Shown piece after piece: positions 1 to 6,350 of a DNA stretch of 13,071 nucleotides. This DNA is from Myxococcota bacterium (GTDB taxonomy: Bacteria; Myxococcota; XYA12-FULL-58-9; JALHOP01). How positions within the stretch are numbered: the stretch's first letter is position 1; each line of letters opens with the position of its first letter. Position numbers and translations under genes: made by a program. Below the pieces are notes generated by a model that was not told the origin of the DNA, did not search any database, and worked only from the letters and a program-made list of their open reading frames with translations. The stretch spans positions 1-13,071 of the forward strand of contig JBGGMJ010000025.1 in the NCBI GenBank assembly GCA_041288095.1. Reading direction: 5' to 3'.

Positions 1-17
1 CCGTTGAATGCTCCCAT
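1..17 (-). CDS. 5' end of an unidentified gene running off the left edge (MGAFNG...)
   Basis: On the minus strand AGGAGGG (complement of 26-32) lies 8 nt upstream of an ATG at 17-15. Only about 5 codons are visible, so no product can be assigned. Confidence 0.5.
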
Positions 18-114
18 TGGCGGATCCCTCCTACTCGGGATCGTCGGAAGGGTCGCGCAACCCCGCAAACGATCGTGGCTTTCAACCCGTCTACAGCCCG
101 CGATCGCGCGGGTC

Positions 115-133
115 AAAAAAACAGCGGCGGCTG
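115..133 (-). terminator. weak candidate intrinsic terminator after the PEGA-domain gene
   Basis: Minus strand reads CAGC-CGCC-GCTG followed by T7, starting 8 nt after the TAG at 144-142. The stem is only 4 bp. Confidence 0.25.
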
Positions 134-141
134 GTTCGACC

Positions 142-885
142 CTAGCGTGCGAGAAAGACGGTCTGGGTCTCGCCGTTAGGCTGAATCTGCTGCAGGCGTG
201 TTTTGCCGCGATAGAAAGATAAGCGGGCATCTGGGTCGACCGGTTCGCCATCGCGGAACCACTGCGTGCCGTCGTCGGGGACGCGCAGCTCGAGCATGCC
301 GCCGGCGCCAACGCGATAGCCGACACGTAAGCGGCCCATGCCGAGATCGCCGGTGACGTGGTCGATCTTCAATATCTTCGACGGCACGACGTCGCCGTCG
401 AGGAGGGCGTTGGTGCTCGGCTCGCCCGCGATGGTGATGGTCACCGGAGTCACTCCGGCGGGTAGCGGCAACTGCTTCGGTGTTTCCGGCGCTTGCGGCT
501 TGGGATCGCGTGGCTGGGTCGCTTTCAAGCGCACGGGCGGCTCGGGCGGTACGCGGCGCAAGGCGATGCGCAGCTTGAGCGGGGTTCCAGATTGGATCTC
601 GATGGGCACCGTAAAAGTGAAATGGTCGGGGGCGGCGATCGACAGCTTGTGCGCGCCCGGCGGCAGATCCTCACCTTCGAACGGCGCCGCGGTGCCGACG
701 ACCTTGCCGTCGATGGCGATGGTCAAACCAACGGAGGGCGCGACATCGAGGCGCAGACGCGCGGCACCGGGTTCTCCGCGGAAGTAGACGCGAAGCTTCT
801 GCAGGTTCTCGCAGCCCGAAAGTGCCAGGCTGGCAGCGATGGCCAAGGGAAGGGCGCCGCGCAGGGGGGAAAGTCGGTCGGACAT
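142..885 (-). CDS. PEGA domain-containing lipoprotein (247 aa)
   Basis: Start moved from 1026 to ATG 885 because the upstream part crosses the AT-rich intergenic region. MSDRLSPLRGALPLAIAASLALSG|C is a lipobox signal. The PEGA-like pattern 'TIAIDGKVVGTAAP...LPPGAHKLSIAAPDH' is followed by a Pro-rich linker and a C-terminal beta-rich domain. Confidence 0.75.
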   Translation of the reverse strand: MSDRLSPLRGALPLAIAASLALSGCENLQKLRVYFRGEPGAARLRLDVAPSVGLTIAIDGKVVGTAAPFEGEDLPPGAHKLSIAAPDHFTFTVPIEIQSGTPLKLRIALRRVPPEPPVRLKATQPRDPKPQAPETPKQLPLPAGVTPVTITIAGEPSTNALLDGDVVPSKILKIDHVTGDLGMGRLRVGYRVGAGGMLELRVPDDGTQWFRDGEPVDPDARLSFYRGKTRLQQIQPNGETQTVFLAR

Positions 886-1206
886 GTCGAGGCCCAGTCT
901 AACGCACAAAATGAAAAAAAATCGAACGCCCCGCTGAACGGCATAACATCCCGTTCGAACACCGTTTTTATCGCCTCTTTCCCTGCATCGCCGCCTTAAA
1001 ACACCGGATGTCACACAAAAACCCACTAAAGTTTTGCCAAAAGAGGGCGTTATTCGAGGCTACGCCAGAGCTGACGGTCATCGTTGTTCGATCGGTAAGC
1101 ACAGGTGTCTCGTATCGTAGTCGGCGCCAATGCCGTATACGCCGCGGGTCCGCTGGGGGGCGGATGAACCTTGTTGCGACCAGTCGAGTCGCAAGGGATG
1201 TGCGAC
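886..1206. promoter_or_regulatory. divergent intergenic/promoter region with A/T tracts
   Basis: Non-coding-looking, lower-GC stretch between divergent genes, with several A4-A8 and T4-T5 tracts between about 908 and 1042. No confident -35/-10 pair was identified. Confidence 0.5.
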
Positions 1207-2703
1207 ATGACCGGCTCAAAGAAGCGCCCCGGCCCTGCACGTGCAAAGCCTCTCGCCGCCAGCGATGACGTCATTGGTGGTCCGCTAACGGGGACACGTT
1301 CCCTCGGTGGCCTCGCGCGAGCTCGCGCTCCCAGCGCGCCACGCCGCCTCTCGGAAGCACGCCGCCTGCCCGACTCGCGGCGCACCAACGAGTGGCTCGC
1401 GGAAGCCTCGCATGCCATCTATGACTGGAACTCCGTGAATGTCAGCTCCTCGCTCGTCGGGCGCTCGTTCACCCTCTGCGACGAGACCCTGCGCGATGGC
1501 TTGCAGTCGCCCTCGGTGACCGATCCGTCGGTCGAGGAGAAAGTCGAGCTCCTCCACCTGATGAGCTCGCTCGGCATTGGCGCCATCACCGTCGGCTTGC
1601 CCGGCGCCGGCGAGCGCGCCTATCGCGATTCGCTGGCTCTGGTCCGCGAGGCGGTTCGTACGCGCCTTCCCGCGCGTCTCAACCTCTCGGCGCGGACCAT
1701 GGAAGCGGACCTCCGTCCGATCGCCGACATCGCGCAAGCGACCGGCGCCGCCGTCACTGCTTACACCTTCATCGGCTCGAGCCCCATCCGCCTGTTCGCC
1801 GAAGGCTGGACGCTCTCGACTCTCCTGCGTCACGTCGAGACCGCGGTCAGCTTCGCGGTGCGCGAAGGCATCGAAGTATGCCTCGTCACCGAGGACACGA
1901 CCCGCGCGCGGCCCGACGTCCTCGATCCGCTATTCCGGACAGCGATCAGCCTCGGTGCCCGCCGCTTGTGCCTGTGCGACACCGTCGGTCACGCGACGCC
2001 GGACGGCGTGCGCGGGCTCGTCGCCTGGACCCGCAATCTCATCGTCGGCTGCGGCGCCGAAGTCGGGTTGGACTGGCACGGCCACAATGATCGCGGCCTC
2101 GCCGTGATCAACTCGCTGGTGGCGCTCGAAGCCGGCGCCGATCGCGCCCACGGCACCGGCCTAGGCCTAGGTGAGCGCGTCGGCAACGCCGCCATGGACC
2201 AGCTCCTCATCAATCTGAAGCTGGGCGGCGCATATGAGCACGACATCTCGAACCTCGCCCGCTACTGCGAGCTGGTGGCGAGCGCTTGCCAGGTGGAGAT
2301 CCCGGCGAGCTATCCGGTCTTCGGCCGCGACGCCTTTCGCACCGCGACCGGCGTTCATGCCGCGGCCATCATCAAGGCGCAGCGCAAGGGCGATACCGAT
2401 TACGCCGACCGCGTGTACTCGGGTGTGCCCGCGAGTTGGGTCGGCCGCAATCAGGCCATCGAGATCAGCCACATGAGCGGCGCATCGAACGTCATGTATT
2501 GGCTCGAGGCGCAGGGCCTGCCGGCGGACCAGGAGCTCATCGCCACCATCATGCAGCGCGCCAAGAGCATGCGCCGGGTGTTGAGCGACGACGAGCTGCA
2601 CGCGTTGGTCGCGAGTCAGACCAGCGCCGACAGCGACAGCACGGACATGGCTCCGGAGCTCACGATGGGCCGCGAGCGCGAAGCCGACGCCACCGTCAAC
2701 TGA
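1207..2703 (+). CDS. leuA: LeuA-family (2-isopropylmalate synthase-like) DRE-TIM metalloenzyme, short form
   Basis: Motifs IYDWN, DETLRDGLQ, LCDTVG, HGHNDRG (metal HxH), GLGERVGNA, GRDAF...GVH and SHMSGASN. Ends without a LeuA regulatory domain. The start is uncertain (ATG 1198 or 1207, with AAGGG upstream of 1207), and the substrate is not certain. Confidence 0.8.
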   Translation: MTGSKKRPGPARAKPLAASDDVIGGPLTGTRSLGGLARARAPSAPRRLSEARRLPDSRRTNEWLAEASHAIYDWNSVNVSSSLVGRSFTLCDETLRDGLQSPSVTDPSVEEKVELLHLMSSLGIGAITVGLPGAGERAYRDSLALVREAVRTRLPARLNLSARTMEADLRPIADIAQATGAAVTAYTFIGSSPIRLFAEGWTLSTLLRHVETAVSFAVREGIEVCLVTEDTTRARPDVLDPLFRTAISLGARRLCLCDTVGHATPDGVRGLVAWTRNLIVGCGAEVGLDWHGHNDRGLAVINSLVALEAGADRAHGTGLGLGERVGNAAMDQLLINLKLGGAYEHDISNLARYCELVASACQVEIPASYPVFGRDAFRTATGVHAAAIIKAQRKGDTDYADRVYSGVPASWVGRNQAIEISHMSGASNVMYWLEAQGLPADQELIATIMQRAKSMRRVLSDDELHALVASQTSADSDSTDMAPELTMGREREADATVN

Positions 2704-3475
2704 GCGGCAGCGCCGCGAACGGCGCCGTGCCGGGGGGCGCGTTGGTGGCGTAGACCGTTACCGTCGCGCCCGCGAGCACGATGTTCGAGGTGCGGGTACC
2801 GTACGGCCCCGCCACCACGAAAGCCGCTTCGACGCTCGCTGGCCTCCAGTCGCCACTCGCCGCATGCACGCTCTCGGCATCGGCGGGGATGGTGCGGTCG
2901 GCGAGCACGAGCCCCAAGCGAGCGACGAGCTCGCCACGCGGCCAGCGTGCCATGTCCGCTACAGCGGCGCGCGCATGATCGGCCTTGGGCGACGGTGCGT
3001 CGATGGGCCGGTTCTCGAGCACGTGGATGCCCGACGCCAGCTCGCGGATGTCGGGCCGATCGCCGCCCAGCATGCCGATGTAGAAAACGCGGGTGGAGTC
3101 GGCGACGAGCAGCGCGCATGGGTTGTAGTCGCGCGCTGAAATGCGCTCGGCGAACGCCCGCACCGCGAGCTCGGCGGTCGGATGGCGCGCGAGCACCAAC
3201 GGCAGCTCTCCCCGCGAGCGCTTGGCTGGATCGCGTCCACCCTCGGGAGCCTCGGGGCGCTTCGTGGCCAACGGCTGGTTGGTGAGCGCCGCGACCACGC
3301 CGTCACGGTTTGCCGCGAGCCAGGTGCCGCCGGCGAGCACGTCACGTCCTCCAGCGATCCCAGGCTCGAGCTCGTGCACCGGCTCGGCGGGCCGGCTGAA
3401 GAGCTCATCGCGATTGGCGGCCACCACCAACGGCACCTCGGGATGCACCTTCGAGGCGAGGATGACGAGGCACAT
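2696..3475 (-). CDS. NRDE/TANGO2 family protein (259 aa)
   Basis: Begins MCLVIL and contains VAANRDE, GGTWLA, SRGELP, YNP and YGTRTS. ATG at 3475 is 2 nt downstream of the upstream gene's stop. The 3' end overlaps the convergent LeuA-like gene by 8 nt. Confidence 0.92.
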   Translation of the reverse strand: MCLVILASKVHPEVPLVVAANRDELFSRPAEPVHELEPGIAGGRDVLAGGTWLAANRDGVVAALTNQPLATKRPEAPEGGRDPAKRSRGELPLVLARHPTAELAVRAFAERISARDYNPCALLVADSTRVFYIGMLGGDRPDIRELASGIHVLENRPIDAPSPKADHARAAVADMARWPRGELVARLGLVLADRTIPADAESVHAASGDWRPASVEAAFVVAGPYGTRTSNIVLAGATVTVYATNAPPGTAPFAALPLS

Positions 3476-3477
3476 CT

Positions 3478-3984
3478 CTAGGGCTTCGGAGCCGGCAGGT
3501 TCTTCGGCATGAACGTGTTCGGCACCTCGACCTCGGCGCGCGCGTAGAAGGCGCCGGTCGAAGCGTCCTGCCAGGTACCGACGATGCGCGCGTTCACCAA
3601 GCGCTGGGTGTTGAGGTAGCGCGCCAGCACGGCGCGGGCGCGGTTCTCGGCGGTCGTTTGCGCGAGCGAAGGATTGTCGATGCCGTGGACCACGCCCGTG
3701 GCGAGCAGATAGCGCTGGCCCTCGCGGTCGATGACCTCGGCCTCGTTGCGCGCCCAAGCCGGCGCGTTCTTGCGATCCTCGACGGTAGTCGGCGTCAAGA
3801 CGCCGGTGCCGTCCCAATCCGCCGGCACGGGCACGTTCGGATCCTCGATCATGTCGACCTCGGTGCTGGCGAGCACCGGCGTCGGGTCACCACCACCAGC
3901 GGCGGTCGGCATTTGCGGCTCGGCGTCGCCGCCAAGCTGCTCGCAGCCGGCGAGCACCAGCAAGGCGAGGGTGAGTCTACGCAT
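3478..3984 (-). CDS. lipoprotein, LPP20-like (168 aa)
   Basis: MRRLTLALLVLAG|C is a canonical lipobox, and GAGGTG precedes ATG 3984. 'PAWA...YLLATG...LAQTTAENRARAVLARYL...FYARAEV' resembles the LPP20 pattern. Confidence 0.75.
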   Translation of the reverse strand: MRRLTLALLVLAGCEQLGGDAEPQMPTAAGGGDPTPVLASTEVDMIEDPNVPVPADWDGTGVLTPTTVEDRKNAPAWARNEAEVIDREGQRYLLATGVVHGIDNPSLAQTTAENRARAVLARYLNTQRLVNARIVGTWQDASTGAFYARAEVEVPNTFMPKNLPAPKP

Positions 3985-4609
3985 GTTCACCTCGCCCCGA
4001 AGTGTCCTTCGAGTCGTTGGTCTTGAGCGGCTTGCGGGCGCTGATCTTGGTGTCGCCGGGCGAAACCAGCGAGCTCTTCGGCACCGACTGGGTCAGCACC
4101 GAGGTCGCCATGATCTTGCTGCCCTCGCCGACGCGGATCGGTCCCAAGATGACGGCGTTCGGACCAATGTGGACGTCTTTCTCGAGCGTCGGCGAGCCGA
4201 CCGATTGGGTATCACCATCGCGGCCTTCGCCGAGAGTGACGCCCTGAAAAAGGATGCAACCTTCGGACACGCGCGCCGCGTGGCTCACCACCAGACCTTG
4301 GCCGTGGATGATACTGACGCCGGGAGCGAACTGCGCGTCCCAATGGATGTCGGCGCCGTAGAGATGCCGAATCATGCGCGAGGCGACCTGTGGCGCGAGG
4401 GGCACTCCGGCATCGCGGACGAAGTGCATGACGCGCACCGCGACCATCATCTGCACGCCGACCTTCTTGACGACGTCGATCGGGAACTCGCCCCAGCTCT
4501 TGGCGTCGGCGTTATACTTGCCCCGGTACGTCATCACGGCCTCGTAGTCGCCGCGGACGTTGGTCACCAGGTTCTGCGCCGCCTGAGCCAGTCGTTTGAG
4601 TGCTCTCAT
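3977..4609 (-). CDS. CysE/LbH-family O-acetyltransferase (serine acetyltransferase-like, 210 aa)
   Basis: GADIHWDAQFAPGVSIIHGQGLVV, QGVTLG and PTLEKDVHIGPNAVILGPIRVG hexapeptide repeats. GAGGA precedes ATG 4609. Confidence 0.88.
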   Translation of the reverse strand: MRALKRLAQAAQNLVTNVRGDYEAVMTYRGKYNADAKSWGEFPIDVVKKVGVQMMVAVRVMHFVRDAGVPLAPQVASRMIRHLYGADIHWDAQFAPGVSIIHGQGLVVSHAARVSEGCILFQGVTLGEGRDGDTQSVGSPTLEKDVHIGPNAVILGPIRVGEGSKIMATSVLTQSVPKSSLVSPGDTKISARKPLKTNDSKDTSGRGEHA

Positions 4610-4619
4610 GGTTTCGTCC

Positions 4620-5615
4620 TCAAGCTTTCTTCCGCTTCCCCAAGTAACGCACGAAATCCCGGGCGCATTCAGCGAGCGAGCCGCTGTCTTCGCGGACGCC
4701 TCGGAAGTACTCGAGACCGTAACACAAGGTAGTGCCGGCGATCGCCAAGCGCGTCGCTCCGAGACGATCCAAGGCCATGGCGGCATGGATGCTGGCGTCG
4801 GCCAGACGTTTCCCCGCCGCGGGCACGCTCGCAGCTGTCAGCAAGAGCGGACGCGACACCGGGTTCACCATGAACCAGAAGCGCCAGGGATCGGCTGCCT
4901 CGACTGCCTGGTGCTTCTTGGCGATGCGGTGGTCGTAGACGCCGTAGTTGAAGGCACGCTTGCGCCAGACCTCGAGGCTCGCGTGGTCCGAGCGATGCGT
5001 CGTCTTGGCCCGCGCGGAGAGACCGAGCTTTTCACCAGCCGTCTCGAGACGGACGCCGAGCTCGCGGTCCTCGCTGCGTCCGAGCGTCTTGTCGAAGCCA
5101 CCGACGCCTTCGTAGGCGCGCCGCAACATGCCGAGGTTGCCGGTGCAGAGATCGACGCCCCGCACCGTGGCGGTGCCGTTCTCGACGGAGTGAACGAAGC
5201 GCTCGAGCTGGTCGGCGTGGAAGCGCTCGAAGATGGGCATGCGCGAGAGGCCGGGATCGGGCGCGATGAGCCCCTGCACGACGGTCAGACCGCCATCGAT
5301 CGCGGCGAGATGGGCTTCGAGGAAGTCGGCCGGCAGCTCCATGTCGTCGTCGATGAAAACGACCAACGGGTGCTTGGATAGCTTCACTCCGCGATCGCGG
5401 GCAGCACCGGGGCCCTGGTTCTCCTGGCGCTCGACCTTGAAGCGGAAGCGCGGCCGCATGCCGTCGAGGATGGTGGCCGCCGGCTCCTTGGAGCCGTCGT
5501 CGACCACGGTGACGTCGAAGCGCTCGGACGACAGGCTCTGCCGCTCGAGATCGTCGATGAGTCTCCGCAAGAGCGGACCACGATTGTATGTCGCAACGAC
5601 TACCGAGACGTTCAT
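4620..5615 (-). CDS. epsD: GT2 family glycosyltransferase, myxobacterial EpsD-like (331 aa)
   Basis: VSVVVATYNR, VVDDGS, NQGPGAARDRG, FIDDD (DxD), GGFD and SEDRELG. The segments 'MPIFERF' and 'HRSDH...AFNYGVYD...PWR' resemble Myxococcus EpsD as I recall it, and the gene sits next to EpsC- and EpsB-like genes. Confidence 0.9.
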   Translation of the reverse strand: MNVSVVVATYNRGPLLRRLIDDLERQSLSSERFDVTVVDDGSKEPAATILDGMRPRFRFKVERQENQGPGAARDRGVKLSKHPLVVFIDDDMELPADFLEAHLAAIDGGLTVVQGLIAPDPGLSRMPIFERFHADQLERFVHSVENGTATVRGVDLCTGNLGMLRRAYEGVGGFDKTLGRSEDRELGVRLETAGEKLGLSARAKTTHRSDHASLEVWRKRAFNYGVYDHRIAKKHQAVEAADPWRFWFMVNPVSRPLLLTAASVPAAGKRLADASIHAAMALDRLGATRLAIAGTTLCYGLEYFRGVREDSGSLAECARDFVRYLGKRKKA

Positions 5616-5618
5616 TTC

Positions 5619-5637
5619 GCCTCGCGAAGCGCGAGGC
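5619..5637 (-). promoter_or_regulatory. 8-bp hairpin containing the putative SD of the GT2 gene
   Basis: GCCTCGCG (5619-5626) and CGCGAGGC (5630-5637) are a perfect inverted repeat. On the minus strand the 3' arm carries GAGG and ends 3 nt before the ATG. Confidence 0.45.
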
Positions 5638-5642
5638 TAGTG

Positions 5643-5673
5643 ATCGTGTTCTGGAAACAAGCCAGAACACGAT
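5643..5673. repeat. perfect 12-bp inverted repeat
   Basis: ATCGTGTTCTGG (5643-5654), a 7-nt spacer, then CCAGAACACGAT (5662-5673). Confidence 0.85.
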
Positions 5674-5741
5674 GCCTGCTTTGCCGCGCTTCAAAGACAG
5701 GCGTTGCGGCTTCATCATCGCTGAAAAGAGTATTCACGACA

Positions 5742-6284
5742 TCACACCTCGCGCAGCTCATCGCTCGGGCCGCGCGGACGAATTTTCGCGGGCACGCCTA
5801 CCGCCAGGCTGTCCGGCGGCACGTCCGTGACCACGACGGCGTTGGCGCCGATGACCGAGCGAGCGCCGACACGAATGGGACCCAGGATGCGGGCGCCGGC
5901 GCCGACGACCACGTCGTCTTCGATGACCGGATAACCATTGTCCTTGGCGGTGCCGACCGTGTTGTTGCCATAGAAGCGCACGCGATCGCCGACCTTCGCA
6001 TCGCCGCCGATGACGATCCCCAGCGGGTGGACGAAATAGACGCCTTTGCCAAGGGTGACGTCGTTGCCGATCTCGATGCCGTGATACGCGGTCTGCACCA
6101 CCCGCAACATGTGGTTCAACCCAGGGACGTGCCAGGTCCTGGCAAGCACGCGCACGCGTTGAATAGCGGTTATCTGGTAGGAGTCACTGGTGATGATGGC
6201 CTTGGCGATTGCTTTGCGGTCATTGCTGCCGAAGGCGCAGAGCGCCAATTCTTCGGCATCGCCGATGAGGTCGTGCAAGATCAC
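5742..6284 (-). CDS. epsC: serine O-acetyltransferase-like LbH protein, myxobacterial EpsC-like (180 aa)
   Basis: C-terminal part of the 5742..7334 ORF: GIEIGNDVTLGKGVYFVHPLGIVIGG, GNNTVGTAKDNGYPVIEDDVVVGAGARILG and IGANAVVVTDVP...AVGVPA. GTG 6284 is preferred because the alternative ATG 6347 would leave 3 nt to the divergent gene. Confidence 0.85.
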   Translation of the reverse strand: MILHDLIGDAEELALCAFGSNDRKAIAKAIITSDSYQITAIQRVRVLARTWHVPGLNHMLRVVQTAYHGIEIGNDVTLGKGVYFVHPLGIVIGGDAKVGDRVRFYGNNTVGTAKDNGYPVIEDDVVVGAGARILGPIRVGARSVIGANAVVVTDVPPDSLAVGVPAKIRPRGPSDELREV

Positions 6285-6321
6285 CTGCAACCCCGAGCTT
6301 GCGCGGGCGTGAGGCAGTTGC

Positions 6322-6349
6322 GAGCATAGCGCACGCGAGATGAGCATAG
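6322..6349. promoter_or_regulatory. GAGCATAG direct repeat in the epsC/epsB divergent gap
   Basis: GAGCATAG at 6322-6329 and 6342-6349 (20-nt period). It reads CTATGCTC on the minus strand and contains the -10-like TATGCT. Confidence 0.4.
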
Positions 6350-6350
6350 G

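Noticed and set aside
64..81. GCCACGATCGTTTGC (minus strand) as a sigma54 promoter
   Set aside because: It lacks the invariant GG and the spacing is one base too long.
924..939. GAAC-N8-GAAC as a LexA box
   Set aside because: The alphaproteobacterial box needs N7 spacing, it does not match other LexA consensus types, and the flanking genes are not SOS genes.
3476..3817. Upstream extension of the NRDE ORF (373 aa in the track)
   Set aside because: Out-of-frame overlap with the lipoprotein gene. NRDE proteins start at MC, which is ATG 3475.
5675..5715. GGCAAAGC on the minus strand as part of a c-di-GMP-I riboswitch upstream of an EPS gene
   Set aside because: No GNRA tetraloop/receptor two-stem architecture could be built by eye. 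An Rfam scan would be needed to revive it.
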